From Octopus sinensis (taxonomy: Eukaryota): 64,000 nucleotides of DNA. Under the pieces are notes generated by a model. The model was not told where the DNA came from, made no database searches, and saw nothing but the letters and a program-made list of their open reading frames with translations. The DNA lies in the NCBI RefSeq assembly GCF_006345805.1, contig NC_043010.1:49476001-49540000 (forward strand). Reading direction: 5' to 3'. Shown here one piece after another: positions 27,612 through 42,334 of the stretch. The position numbers were made by a program, and so were the translations under genes. The stretch's first letter is position 1; each line of letters opens with the position of its first letter.

Positions 27612-28808
27612 AGTGGTAATCAAATGAAGAATTATTTGATAAAGCTCTTTAAATTTTAAGTGTTGATTATGCATCTTATTTAAAGTTTTGCATTTGAGCT
27701 TGAGAACAAAATGAATAGGACTAATTTTTGAACTAGTGGATGTTTTGCCTCAAGTCAGCCTTTATTTAGTAAGCCTATATCAAAAACATTCCAGCTGGAA
27801 CCACTTCCCCCCCATCCATAACTACTTTATCTCATGCTATTTTTTCTAACATGGCAGAATTTGATTTGAAGGAGATTTGTTCCTAGCAGTTGCTTTAAAG
27901 CAAAAAAAAATGTCTATGGAAGCATTTCACCCTAGTGATCTAATTAAATACTGTGTGTGTGTGTGCATGCTTCTATGCACATGTAGCCTGAATGAATTAA
28001 TAAAATTCATCCTACACGGAAAGGTTTCCTAAAATACATGAAAAAAGTTAAACCAACAACAGATAACTGCTTTGTGACTCTTTGAAAGATCACTAATGCA
28101 TGCTCTATAATGAAGGGAAATTCCTTCCCCAAACCCTTTCTTTTCTTTTATACTACTTGCCCACTAAAAATAATGATTTCTTTTATAATAGCAATGATTT
28201 GCCCACAATGAATGCTGAATATTTGGTTTCAACATCAGTAGTATATTCAAAAGAAATTAGTCACCAAGTTTTCTAAGAGCATTTCTAAGAACAACACTAA
28301 AACGGAACCTTCTAGAAAGTTAATTTGTTCTATAACTGCTGGAATGAAACTGCCAACTGAAATATTTTAAATCTACAACCTGACCTGAAACAAGCCAAAC
28401 CTAATTTCCAAGAGTGAATAATTTTTAGCTTGGAAGAGTTTTTCTTCTCTTTTTTTTTTTGGTAATGGAAATGGATAAAATATATAAAGCAGTAAAATAA
28501 AGCTAACTTCAATTCCATACAAAATGAAACAAAATAAACTACTTCAATTCACTAGTGATTAAGATTCGAGTAGTAAAAAGCAATGAAAGCATTTTGACTA
28601 GCTCAGATGCATTTAGTCTCAATGGTTTTCTCATTTTTTATTGTTTCCAACATTTCAATTTCTATTTTTGACATTGAATTCAATGGTAGAAGATATAGTA
28701 CTGTACTAATCATACAGGAGTTTTACATGTAAACTGTTACAAAAAAGTCATCTCTGTCAAGATAGTGATTTTGAATATGTTTAATACATAGAACCCGTAA
28801 TAAGGTGC

Positions 28809-29023
28809 TTAATCCTTTAAAGTTTAAACCGGCCATATCCAGCTTAAATATTCCAGCTGTTACTATGTGAAAACTGGCCAGATCTGTCTTCTTACACGTA
28901 TCCTACCATGTCAGTCTAAAAATAAACAATCACATCATCAAAATCTCAATGCTATGATTAACTGAAAACGATGTGACTAAATAAGGATTACATTTGACAT
29001 TAATCTGGATGCTAAAGGGTTAA
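28809..29023 (+). mobile_element. TTAA MITE copy 7
   Basis: Forward body; ends atgctaaagggttaa. Confidence 0.82.
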
Positions 29024-30949
29024 GTATAATAGACAAACACACACAGTAGTAAGATGACAACCTAGTCTCCATCAACAGTATCAAAATTAAAATAGCTACC
29101 CTCCATCTACACAAACTAGATGCAAAACTGTTAAAATGTCTGGTCTTTTATACAATAACATTGCCAAAACTGCACCCCAAAGACTAGGCTTCCTCTCTGA
29201 GACAAAAAATATCTTTAGCTCTACAAAGTACCTGATTCTCAAGAAAGTTCATATGAAATTCATATCTACACAAGATGGTGCTATTACATACTCACAAACA
29301 AGCATTCTAACACACATAAATAAAAAGCCATTTGGCCAATTGACAAAGACATATTGTCTCTTCTACCTCTTCAATTGTAACTAAAACAGACTGCTTACTC
29401 CGTTAGCCCAGACTCACAATTTAAATGTGTTTTCCTTCTACATATCCAGACTGTTCCTCATACAATGGAAGTTATATAACATAAACTAAAAGGTTTTCTG
29501 TAACAATAAACTTGACAATATACATTTGACTGTGCTAGTATCACACTTCACTCAATATCAGACAAGTAAATCTTTAGTCCACTAACCATGCGAGTATACA
29601 ACCATTAACCATATTATTTTTATATTTCGAATATTCTAAATGCATTAACAATTATCTGATTAACTGAAACTGCTGTATTTTTGCTTCATTCTTTTTTTCT
29701 ACCTTTCATCTGCTTCATTATTCACTGTTTCACTATGCTAAATGCATTAAAACTCCACCTGCAGTGGTTGATGTTTAAAAAAAAAATTGTTGTGAGTAAA
29801 AACATTAATAATAAAGTCAGGAAAAAGTTAATATGGTTTAATATAAGTGATCTACTGAACAAATAAGTTATCAATGTAATTATATTGAACTAAAATAGAA
29901 GTTACTAACAAAGGCTATTTGCAGCTGATGAAGAAAAATGAAAATGTCTTAAGTCATACATACAATGTGAAAGGTGAGCTACCAATAGGTTACCAATGAA
30001 CAGATTGACTCAGTCTGAATTAGATATAATGGAATATGCCAAAATGTAAAAAAAAAAAACCCTCTAAAAGTTCATATCACATACACACAGACACATACAT
30101 TTTGTGATTTTACTTAGACATCGCGATATTAATAACTGCTTGCTAGAACTCAGTGTACATATGATCCAGAGTAAAATGTCTGGAGATAATTGAGCATAAT
30201 ATTAATTACTGAATGACAAAAGAACATGAGTTACAAAATCATCTTCATTAAATTACAGCTGTTTCTGCTATAAGAACCATAGCACTCAAAGTTAAGTTCT
30301 TGTGCAACATCTTATAGCTTCCTTAGAGCCATTCAAAGGAAGTTCATTTTAATGGCTCTTGAGAAGTTATACAACTCTGAGTAATTGTGCACACATCATT
30401 CAGACTTCTTTCAGCTTCCATCTACCAAATTCACTCATAACATCCAAGACTACTGAATACGACACAAGTCCAAGGAGCTACACAGTGGGACTGAACCTGA
30501 AACCATGTGGGTGGAAAGTGAACTTCTCAATCAAATCATGACTTGCGTGTGTGTGTGTGTGTGTGTGTGTGTCTGTATTCAATTATTAATTAGAAGCAGA
30601 GCTAGTGTTGTAAACATTATTGACTACACATACTCAATATATGTGATTTACTTGTGTGCCAGTATGCTGTAGTTTAGTATGCTGAAAGTGGGTGTTAAAA
30701 CACCTGAATGTCATAGACAGGTGAGACAGCTTGCCCTTAATCACATTCATGAGTGATGGCTACTACTAATATTTTGTCATTTTTGTGGCTTATCAACACC
30801 ATGCACCTGAATCAAACTGAATCACCAATCTATGACTACATACAAACTGTGTAAAAACCATTTGCTGGTATGCCATGACAATGCATATGTAGGATTAAAT
30901 CCAGTTGTCTCATAATTGAATTTAAAGCATTACTAACATGGTTCTATGT

Positions 30950-31341
30950 ACTCTCTCTTTTACTCTCTTACTTGTTTCAGTCATTTGACTGCGGCCATAC
31001 TGGAGCACCACCTTTAGTCGAGCAAATCGACCCCAAGACTTATTCATTGTAAGCCTGGTACTTATTCTATCGGTCTCTTTGGCTGAACCGCTAAGTTACG
31101 GGGACGGAAACACACCAGCATCGGTTGTCAAGCGATGTTCGGGGAACAAACACACACACACACACATATACACATGTACATGCCGGGCTTCTTTCAGTTT
31201 CCGTCTGCCAAATCCACTCACAAGGCTTTGGTCGGCCCGAGGCTATAGTAAAAGACGCTTGCCCAAAGTGCCAAGCAGTGGGACTGAACCCAGAACCATG
31301 TGGTTGGTAAGCAAACTACTTACCACACAGTCACTCCTGCG
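30950..31341 (-). mobile_element. tRNA-derived SINE (long family with internal TG repeat and AAGAGTA-type tail), near-intact copy
   Basis: The minus-strand head has A/B-box-like motifs (tgtgtggtaag ... gggttcagtccc). It has an internal (TG)n, a repeated tail and many retained CpGs. Related decayed copies lie at 16578-16916, 26655-26812, 30395-30546, 51800-51955, 52715-52800, 55341-55597 and 63452-63815. Confidence 0.85.
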
Positions 31342-32580
31342 CTTATGTAGCAGAGTAATAATAAAAATAATGTTTTCAATTTAGGTCCATAGTTTACATT
31401 GTTTGGATATGTTCCCTATATATTCTCTTCAAACATATTTTCAATAAATTTAATAGTATAGTCACAATGGATAGGTGAAGAGAAGCGAACTAGTATTTTC
31501 ACATAAACACTGTATGTGACTTTTCTCAGTGCACTCCATTTCTGATGAAAATAATAGATTACAACTCCCAAAGTAGAAGAGGTAACAAGTATATGACAAA
31601 GAATTATAGTTTTCAAAGATTTTATCTCCTAAGACTACTTATGTGGATTTACATCATCACAAAAATCAAATGCTTCATAAAAAAAAAAAAATTCAAAAGG
31701 AAATAATGAATTTTATTGTTCTCTATGAACTTCTAACAATTTTATAGTTCTCAAAACAACTGAAGATTTCCCACAAGTCTTGCAAGTATACATAAAGCAC
31801 TTTCCAGAAGATCAAGGGATATAGTTATTTAACTTTACTCAGTATATTACTGGTACAAATTTTATTTATTACAAAAGAGAAGTACCATATCAAATACAAA
31901 ACAGAGATCTAGATTAAATGTGAATCAAACATGATTTCCCTGACCATTTCTTAACTCTATAAATAATATACATATATAAATATAGGGTAGGAAAAATTAT
32001 AGAAATTTTTGCTACCAGTGGCCTAGCATGTATACTAAGTCAATAGACATATTTTTCATATAAAAATTAGTGTACATTTAAACACAAAAGACCTTAACAG
32101 GTCGCCTTACATACTAGAAGGAACAGTCAAAAGTCCAAACCACAGTAAAGAGCAATTTCAAAGGGATATATATATATATAAAATGATGCATAGCTATATG
32201 TTAATACATTATAAGCATCATGATATGAGCACTGTAGTATAAGCTCATGTCTCAAGCACAATCTACAACTTAACTTTGATCCCAGGTTGAAACCAGTATT
32301 CCACTTCACATATATATGCTGCAAATGTTTCTTTCTGACCTAACCAGTCTTTCCTTCTTTTACTTTGCAATGCTGCCAAGTGTATGAAGGTTGGAAGAAA
32401 TTAGCACCTTGGCCAATGTTAATGACAGGATACAAAATGCTCTTTAGTTTAAAAGGTCAACACTTTATTAACTTGGGCATAGTGACTGCACGTATCAAAT
32501 TCCAGAAAAAAGTGTAGATTAAAATGGAAATAGTTGATATTGAGAATGTTTACACACACACACACACACATACAAATGTA

Positions 32581-32797
32581 TGAGTGGGTGCTGAAAAGTT
32601 CCTGGCTTTAATGGTATTGCAAAAGGCCTGGTCGGAGGCCCAACGTTCTGAGTTCTTTTACAGGGCTTAGAAAAACTGAAAGACCATTGCAATAAGTGTG
32701 TGAATCTGAGAGGAGAACATGTTGAACAAAATCATAATCAACTGATCCTCCTGTATTTTCTTTTACTCAAAGCCAAGAACTTTTCAGCACCCTCTTG
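32581..32797 (+). mobile_element. mariner-derived MITE
   Basis: TIR core gggtgctgaaaagttc(c/t)tggcttt with TA on both sides. The interior reads FLQGLEKLKDHCNKCVNLRGEHVE, like a mariner transposase C-terminus. Confidence 0.85.
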
Positions 32798-35276
32798 TAT
32801 GTATATATTTATACAAACATACACCTTTTATTGAACCAAAATTTTTATCTTGCAACTTGAATTTCATGTCATTGCAATCTCCAGTTCTTGCATGAATTGC
32901 AGTGCTATGAGACTCAAATTGGATGATAAAAATTCAGTTTCAATAAGCCATATAGCCTACAACATGTATTGAGCACTCCTCATTCATTTGAAACACAACA
33001 CACATGTTCAAAGAATATTTTCAGAATAATTGCTTTATGAAATAAAAGCATTCAGATAAGAAAACAGAAAGCTAGCTTTAAAACTGACAGTACAAAATCT
33101 AATGTGACATTTTATATAACCTATTCTATTCTTTTAATTACTAACTAAGCCCCAAAAGTCAATAAATATTGTTCAAAATATTTTATTTTAAAAAGTGCCA
33201 TTAATGATAAGAAGAGGGAAGAGAAGATGTTAAAAATGATTTCAAAAATAGGAGTAAAAAATTTACTTATTGTCAGTGATATGAGCTTGAAATAAAAGAA
33301 TTTTATTCTAAAAAAATATTCATATAGAAAGGTTTCACAGAAAAGTAAGTCACATTGTTGACTGGAGCATATTAACCAATGAAGGTGTTTACTATGATGA
33401 TACTAGTTCAGTCAAAAGTTATCGGTATTCATAAATGCCTGTGTATGTAGATGAATATAATTTCACATAGGAAGGAAAAAAAATATTGAAATATTTATAG
33501 AGCATGCATTTATTCATGTTTTTGAAATTATAAGTTTTACAGTGTCTTTCTTCAGTGTTTTCTTGAAAACTTGTCAGATAATTCATGAAATATTCTTTTG
33601 AAAATGGAAGAGGTTGGAGTTATATTGCATTAGTTATCGTTTAACACATCACTTTCCACTTTGTTTGAAATGGTGAGAAAATGGTGTGCCATTAAAGTTG
33701 ACATGGGTAAAATTTCGACAGTGGTTGTTGTGAACAAACTGAGATAAAGTTTAAAAAGTTCATATATCAATTATCTATCTAATTAGCAGAAGATATTTTC
33801 CTTTTTTTCATAGACAGAAAAGCATTCAAATTACAACATAAAAAAACCTAATTGGTCAAGCACCTAACTAAAAATCAGACCCTGCTAAGTGCAGCCAAGA
33901 ATAGTATAAAGCATAGCTGGTAAATGGTGCAAGCAATATTAACAACAAAAGAAATGCTTTTTTAAGTAGGCAGTTTGGCAAGGAGAGAAAGAAATTGGTA
34001 GTGAAATCCGCAAAAGTTCAAAACAAGTTAAATATAATATTCTCTCTTGAACAATGATTATGATCATAGGAACTTAGGAAAGATGCTGAAATTTATGAAG
34101 TGAGGGGATAGGCCATGCAACTCATCTTCAACCTACTTATCAAAAATATTTTTCTGGACACAATAGAAATTGGCATTATGGTCATTTTAAACTTTTTTTT
34201 TCTTCCTTGTAATTTTGAACAATGATGGGTCTCCTTTTGTAAAGCCAAAGGAACTAAGTTATCAGAATATTTCAGGGAAATTAGATTTCACAGTAGGATA
34301 CTTTCAGAAATGTTACCAAGTAAGTACAATGAAATTCTCTCCACTACTATACACACATAATGCCACCTCACACATACATACATACATATCCTTTGGCTAT
34401 TTTCAATATAGTTTTGCTTTATACCCACGTATGAGTAATGTCTTTGTTCAATTTCATTTACAGTGTCCTCTGCTTTCTTCTTCAAGTGTCTAAAATAGGG
34501 TTAATGGAACCATTAAATCTCTTTGACTAGAGAACCCTGAAAAATTATCCATCCCATTTCTGAAATTAGACCGTCCTCTCAATATCCCCCCCCCCACCAC
34601 ACAAAATGAATCCGAATTGCAATAATCAGATTTCTTGTTTATTTTGACATTTATTCACGCAGAGGATATTTTTTGAGTATACACATGCATGAGACTGCAT
34701 ACATAACACTTTTCAATTTCTTAGATACATAAATTGGATAATTATGCTTACATTAATGTATGCATGCACATATATACATGCAAGATGTAAATTTATGCCT
34801 GTAATAAATAAATATTTGACATGCCAAGCACTTAACTCTGACTTTTCTAAGCAGCATGAAGCAAATAATAGCTAAATCTCTAACAGGATAAGCCAACAGT
34901 CTATCACAGTTAATTTTTCAGAAAGGTCTGATACATTTACTGCATTAGTTTCAAAATTACTGCTGCTATGCACCAGTAACCTATTAATTCATTTGTAAGC
35001 AGCTATAATTTTAGCATAAAAAATTACCTTTCAAAAAATCTAATTGGAAATCATATACATGCATATGCATGCATGTATAAATTCGTGCACATGTTTTAAT
35101 GTACAAGCATGCTGCAAATCAAAATTGGAACACATACTTTGCTTATTGAGGAGAGGGGGGTCATTTACTTTACACTGTTCACTACAGATTTAAAACAGAA
35201 AAACACCAACAAAATAAACAAAGAAAAATGTAAGGTTACAATTGTTAAATATTTAGCAAATGTCAGCAGTGCTTAC

Positions 35277-35353
35277 CATGATAATATGCAATCAGAGAAA
35301 GTCTCGAAACTGGTGAAGAGAGCGAAAACAATCCAATACATCATCCATTTTAC
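35277..35353 (-). CDS. REEP: REEP1-4-type gene, conserved 77-nt internal exon (exon 3 equivalent): [25 protein letters not shown](W)
   Basis: Acceptor (t-run)acag| and donor TCATG|gtaagc. [11 protein letters not shown] is a hallmark of REEP1-4. The phase-2 end (TG) joins the G of the 5954 exon to make Trp. Confidence 0.97.
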
Positions 35354-35758
35354 CTGTAAAAAAAATTGAATAAAAAAATCATTTAATAGTCAAATGGTAT
35401 ATTGCTTATAAATGTGCATCACACACATGCACACTCACACACAGTCATCATCATCATTTTAATGTCCACTTTTCCATTGCTGCATGTGTCAGCTGGAGTT
35501 CACTGAGGTAGATTTTCTACAGTAGGATGTCCTTCATGTCTCCCATCCCTCACCTCTTTCCAAGCAAGGTAATATTTCCCAACAGCCAGGAATATTTTCA
35601 CAGTTTATTGGAAATGAATGACACTGCCTGTAAGACTGACACCCATTTTACAAGTATCACATGATGTTAAGACAAGAGACACAAACATTCACATACAAAA
35701 ACACATATACCTACACACACCTAGGGTAGTATGTTGATCTTCACTCTACAGACTAAAC

Positions 35759-38424
35759 CAGGTATGGGCAACCTATGGCCCAAGAAGCCTTTTTTCTGGC
35801 CCACAGAGACCTGTAGCAGTATGGCCATGAAGTGGTTTATTTTCTCGTCTGGCCGACTTGTAGGGTAAATAGGTAAAAATGAAACAAGCTTTCATGGAAT
35901 GCACAATTCTAGTAAAGGTGAAAGGACTAAATTCGTAGAAACAAAATAGAGAGAGTGTAACTCATGTTTCCCTGAAAAAGAAACAGGAAACATTAGTAAT
36001 AAAATGAAACTAATTGTAAACCCTACTAGTCAGTGAGTAGCTAACTTTCAATTTGTAAGGTTGTCTCTTCTTGACACTAGTGAATGATCAACATGTCATT
36101 CACGTACTCACTCAAATTCTCTCAAAACCAAGAACCAGTTTAGTGAATGACCAAGCTACTAACTCAAGAGATTCCAAGCCTGTTAATTTGCTAATATACA
36201 AAGGCCAGAAATAACTCAACTCAAATGCATTTATCCAAACAACTATCGAGAATATCAGCCATACACAACATACCGCTTCATTTTATTCCTCTGATCAATT
36301 ATGCATTTTCCTTATATAAAGTTTATATTTCACATTCCAACATATACTCTGTTATTTATCACCACTATCTATATTTTTTCCTCGAATTATCCAACCCTAA
36401 AATGTTGTCAACAAAAAAGAGAAAAGTTGACAACGAATCCAGCGTGTTCCAAGAAAAGTGGACCAATGATTATTTTTTCATACAAATCAAAGACAAACCA
36501 GTGTGTTTACTTTGCTCAGAATCAGTTTCTGTCATTAAAGAATATAATGTAAAAAGATACTACATCTCCAAGCACTCATCTCATTATGAAAGTTTTCAAG
36601 GTCAACATAGGAAACAAAAAGTTGAAAATTTAATAAAAGATTTGAAAGAGTAGCAGACAATTTTTGTCAAGAGACATGAAGATACCGAAAATATTATTCG
36701 TGTTAGTTATATCATTAGCAAGAAAATTGCAAAACATTTGAAAAATTATTCTGAACGTGAATTTGTAAAAGAATGCCTACAAGCAGTAGTTTTTTGTTCA
36801 GGTAAAAAAAAAAAAAAGAAGTTGATAATATTAGTTTGTCTCGTAGAGCTGTAACAAGATGGATTGATGAACTTGCAACTAATGAAGAATTAGGCTTGAA
36901 AAGACTTTCTTTGCTTTTTAAATATTTTCCCTTAGTTATTGATGAGAGCACTGATGTGTCAAATATAGCCTAACTTGTGGTTTTTGTACATGGAATTGAT
37001 GAAGATTTAAATATCACAGAAGAAATACTTGATCTTTGGGGAATGAAAGACACCACCACTGGGGAGGATATTTTTCAAGAATTGAAAATGTTAATGGTCA
37101 GATTTAATCTACATTTCAAAAACCTTCATGGTTTATCAACAGATGGTGCTCCTGCTATGGTTGGTAGTAAAGCAAGCTTAGTTTCTAAAATTAGATCGGA
37201 ATTAGCTTCTATGAACTGTCACAAAAGATTTATCCATTTTTCATTGCATAATTCACCAAGAGAATTTGTGCACCAAGTTACTCAAATTTGAACATGTCAT
37301 GTCCAAGGTTGTTTCGAGTACAAAATTTTATAAAATCTCAAGCTTTGAACCACCGCAAGTTTAAAGAATTTTTTGAGGATATCGAAGCAGAGTATGGAGA
37401 TTTGGTTTACTATTGTGAGGTGTGATGGTTGAGCAAAGGAAAAATGTTGAAATGATTTTACGATCTGAGGAGTGAAATTTTTACATTCATGGAAATGAAA
37501 GGAAAGTCTATGCCTGAATTGAGTGATTATGGCTGAATATGTGATCTTGCTTTTCTCGTTGACTTTATTTCATATCTTAATGACCTTAATTTGAAATTGC
37601 AAGGAGAAGGCCAATTCATTCACCAGTACAGTCATATCAAAACATTTCAAAACAAAGTGCAACTGTGGGAACGACGGCTCAGAAATTGTAATGCATTCCA
37701 TTTCCCAACATTGGCAATTCGTGGCAAAATCAATTGTACTTTTTATGCAGATGAGGTAAAATTGATCAACGAAAAATTCAATAATAGATTTCGAGATTTC
37801 AGATAACAAGAAACAAATCTACGTATATTTTCTTCACCTTTTGATATCAATATTAACCAGGTTCCCAAGGATTTACAGATGGAATTAATTGAACTCCAAG
37901 GAAATGAAGATTTAAATCAGGAAATGAGAGATCATTCACTGATAGAGTTTTATAAAAGCCTACCTACAGAAAATTTCCCATTGATTGTGGATTTTGCTAG
38001 AAACAAAATTTTACTCTTTGGAAGGACATATAAATGTGAGTAGCTATTCTCAAAAATGAAATCTACTAAATCCAAAAGCAAGATCAAGAATAACTGACAA
38101 TTATCTTGAAAATAACTTGAGAGTAACCACCTCGAGCAAAACATCTAGATGTTGGTAAAGAAACATCAACCCCATTAGAATACTGTTTCATGGCTATTTT
38201 CTCCCTATGAAAATGAATAAATTTTACTGATTCAGCTACATTTGTTTTATATTAATAAATTGTTTTGTTCTTTCCCTTATTTTAATATCCTTTTTATATT
38301 ATAAAGCAAATACTTGTATAAGCACTTGTATACATATTTTGTAAGTCTATAATTAGGGCTCTGGCCTGCAATTTTGGTGAGAAAACAATCTGGCCTGCAC
38401 ATGGAAAAAGATTGTCCATGCCTT
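35759..38424 (+). mobile_element. Full-length hAT DNA transposon (SPIN/Charlie/GTF2IRD2-like group), non-functional
   Basis: TIRs caggtatgggcaa / ttgtccatgcctt and a perfect 8-bp TSD gactaaac at 35751-35758 and 38425-38432. Encloses a transposase pseudogene. Confidence 0.92.
36402..38178 (+). pseudogene. hAT transposase pseudogene
   Basis: MLSTKKRKVDNESSVFQEKWTNDYFF..KPVCLLC (BED-like), VIDESTDVSNIA, LSTDGAPAMVGSK, LKLQGEGQFI, and a C-terminal FGRTYKCE dimerisation-like motif. In-frame stop at 36651-36653 and several frameshifts, one at an A-run near 36805. Confidence 0.92.
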
Positions 38425-40054
38425 GACTAAACAGTCAACCAGATTTAATCTACCTGTAACAGCAGCTGTTTCACACAAGCCAACAAGTCACTAATGCTCA
38501 GATATTGAATGATAGTGTGCAGGACAATTCTCCCCTGCATCCATCTCAGATAAGTTTGGCCGCTGTTACTTCCATCCCTGAAGAGCTTATCTCAAACAGG
38601 TAATGCCTCCATCTCTGTGTAACCCCCATGCCAGGGACTTTTGGAAATTGTTTGTAGTCTCCAATCTGAAGGTCCTCCAAAAGTGACTACTCAGACTTGA
38701 TCCCAGGCCATTGTGACTTATATTTTCTATTGACTCTCCATAGAAATCTAGAGATGTTTTCCCACTAACAACCTTATCCAGCTAGCACAGTGCTGTGAGT
38801 GTCTGGCAACATTCTAGATGCCAAATGCTCAATCTTGGTCTACGATTGACCCAAGGCTGCAGTTTGATGAGATTGAACTGTGGTAAGACAAGTTTTATAA
38901 AAAATGCTAACACCAGTTTGCTCCCATTTTTGGCATTGTCATCAATACTATCACAGTGATCAAGATATTTCTGCATGTATGCTAGCCTTAGCATCATCAA
39001 GGATAACATCCTGAGACCAACATGTTATGTGTGTTGATAGCAAATGGATTTCATGACCAGTGAAATCTGACCCTTCTATAAGAAGCAGAAAAGTGCTCCA
39101 ATTTGGTCTACTGAATAAGTACAAAATAGATTAGACACAATTCTCTCTCTTATAAAAGAAAAACAGATGACCTGATCACAATGTTGCTTGTGAAGGAATG
39201 CCAGTCATCAACACAGTATGGTTTTCAAAATGTATAAAATGGTTGATCATAAAGTGAACAGCATAGAAGATGATGGGCTAGGTTTCACTAAACTTTCAGA
39301 CACATACAACCAAAACAAAGATGTAAAAAATAGCTAAGAAATGAAAACTTTTCTGTTAACATTAAGTGGAACAGTTTGGATACAATATTGGAACAAGTCC
39401 TACAGCTAACCATTTAGTTGTGACACAGAAGTAGCACCTATTCTTCTGCCAGACAAATGAAAATGGAGCGGCATGTCTTTATCTCAGAACACACACCACA
39501 CACACAGTAGTAATAAAATTTCAATTCATTCAACTAATAAAATGAGCTGAAGGAAAATATACACAATAAAAAATTTGAAATAATTTGACACAAGACTAGT
39601 AATTTTAGGAGATAGCGATAGCCAATTACATTGACCCTAGTACTTGACAAGTATTTTATGTTATCAACCCCGAAAAAAATGAAAACAAAGTGAACTTCAA
39701 TGAAATTTAAACCCATAATTGCAAAGAATTGGAATAAAAACTGCAAAGCACTTTTTTCTAATACTCTAATGTATCTGCTGGCTTGCTGTCTTTGAAATAA
39801 TAATAATAATAATAAAATAGACAATATCAAATTGGTGTTTCTAGGGTTTAATGGATAAAATTGATGCAGCAAGAGAACAAAAAAAAAAGTAAATAAAAAA
39901 TAACTAAAATAAATAAGGAATTTATGATTATGTAAGACAAACCAAAAGTACAAGACTGAAAAAAAAAAAACTATTAGGGAACTAAAACAATTGCATATTG
40001 CTAGTGAGAAAGACATCTGGCATAGTAACTTAATACCCTTTTCTAATACATTAC

Positions 40055-40107
40055 CTGTAGCATTAGTGACATTAGTTGTAATATTCGAAATAGTAGAGTG
40101 GAGTGAG
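40055..40107 (-). CDS. Candidate alternative upstream REEP exon C (53 nt): (A)HSTLLFRILQLMSLMLQ in the REEP frame
   Basis: Strong acceptor ttttttttgtttatag| and donor CAG|gtaatg. It ends in phase 0 and is open in frame with the VKWMMYW exon. No homology recognised. Confidence 0.5.
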
Positions 40108-42133
40108 CTATAAACAAAAAAAAACATCAACAGGAATTGCTTTGCAGCTTTCCACTTGTCAAACAACTTGACAGGAGGATAACTTTATAAGTTTAATCTG
40201 TTCAACACTTTATTGCAATGCCCATAACAATTACTTTATTCAAAGAGGAAAAGTGCATAAAATACTAATTTATGAGTTATGATACATAAACATGCTTTTG
40301 TTTTCATGAGAAATATTTGGCTAGTGAACAACCTTTCCTTTCTACACTACTATCAGTTTTTACATCCATAAATGGAAATCCTGCTTTTCCAAACAATAAA
40401 AGTGCATTATCTGAAAGTCTTCAAACATGACTTTAACATAAACACCACAGATTTTAAAAGTGAAAAATATCAAAAATGTAACTGACAGAATTAGAATACA
40501 CACTTCAATATAAAAATGAAAATGTAAGAGTATTTATTTAGTTATTTTATTTTTAATAACTGACTCATTTATACCTCTAATACAAACTTAGTGACATAGA
40601 AGGGCTTACAGAGGCACTGAAAATTTGAGATTTACAATTTATACTGTTGAAAGTTACAAGGAAAAGGAAAAGGCAAATTCATACTGGAAATGAAGATTAG
40701 AAATAAGATAAGGAATAGTAGTTAGTCATACTGGAATCATACCAGCTGGTTGAGATAAACTAACCAAGATAAATGAAGTATGAAGTAGTGAAGAAACAAG
40801 TGATCCTTTGGGTAACAGCCATAGTAATAAAGAGTAGGAAGGGGGAAGAGAGAACAAAAAAAGGTTACTCAGCAAGAAGTCTAGAATAGGAGAGGCAATA
40901 AAATAAAGAAAATAAGGCAATGAGTATGTGAAGAGAAAGAATATTTACAGCAAGTATGCTATTCAGTTGATTCAAAAGAAATTTTCAGTCTTTCTATATT
41001 CAAAACAGGAAATCCTGATAGTTTTCTATTCCCTACTTTACAAATAGAATATTCTGTACTCCATTCTATAATAGAATATTTTATGCTCCAAAACAAACTT
41101 GGAATGTTTTCTCAATTCTCTTTAAATCATACATTTAAAATTGTAGTAGAAACAGTTCTCACAGAAATTCTTTATGCTATGATAGGTTATATGAGCAAGT
41201 TCTCGAAAACCAGTTGTCACTTAATGGCTGGATATTTGATCTTATACTAAAATGTTTGCACAAAATAGCAAATGTGTATTTTTATAATGACATAACCAAC
41301 CACTAAAAGGTTCAGATTTATCTTTCTCAAAAGACCTCTCTATTTCAACCACCATATTTCAGCAACAAATACTTTAGGTAGGTGCTTGATACCACAATCA
41401 ATGCATAGCTTTTATTCACACAACGCTGTAGCTTTTATTTCCAAACAAGTTTCGTATGAAAGACTAAATTTTCATGGATTGAACACTGAAATAGTAAATT
41501 TTTTTTTCATTTAAAAACTAATAAAAGATCTGAATTCAGACTGGACAAAGAAAAATTCTAATGCATTTTAATATGTTGCTACAGTTATAAATTGAATTTA
41601 GATTAGAAGAGTGTAGCTCGTGGCCTTTTCAGTCAAAAGAAATATCTTAGTACACACATGAAGTATATATCAAGTCTAAATACCTTGTGTAAAATACTAA
41701 TAGAAAGTCTGAAAATGTGCCATAGATGGTAGTTTATCTAAGAATCTGCAATGTGATACCCAAGTGCCTAATTGATAATAAATGCAGTTTTAGTACTATA
41801 TTTTAGCACTGTAACAAACTATGAATTATTGTTCAGATAATTTGACATTTGACCCACTTAAGTGAAAACTGGAGGTTTTCTGTTTAATAAAATAATTTAT
41901 TTACAGCTAGTCTCATCACTACAAGGTGTAATTTTAATTAATTAAAATGCCAAGGCTTACCACATCAAGTGTACACTAGCATCAAGTGTACACAAACAAG
42001 TTTGGACTTCTTTTGTGTCTTATACAAGTAGTAAGACAAGTAACATATCCTTTTGGCAATGAAAAAGCTTGAATGGCACTGTACAAATAATCTATCCATT
42101 CATAAAGGCAGTTCCTGTTTCCCATCTTCATAT

Positions 42134-42334
42134 TTAGCCTCCTAGCATTTAAACTGGCCATATCCACCTCAAGTATTCTATTTGTTTTATGTTCAAACTG
42201 GCTAGATCTGGCTTCTCACACCTACCCTACAATGTAATTTTTAAAATAAACACTCATATCACTGAAATCTTCAAGTTAGGAGATGAATAAATAAACATTA
42301 TATTTGACAGAGTAATCAGAATGATAAAGAGTTA
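42134..42334 (+). mobile_element. TTAA MITE copy 8
   Basis: Forward body with a small internal deletion and degenerate TIRs. Confidence 0.8.

Noticed and set aside
38575-38610. ctgaagag...aaac as a second hammerhead
   Set aside because: The GAAA box is incomplete and stems I and II do not form convincingly.
41951-41985. 15-nt micro-exon with a gtaagc donor inside a 14-bp direct repeat (catcaagtgtacac x2)
   Set aside because: The acceptor is poor and it would add a stop in the REEP frame. A small local duplication explains it.
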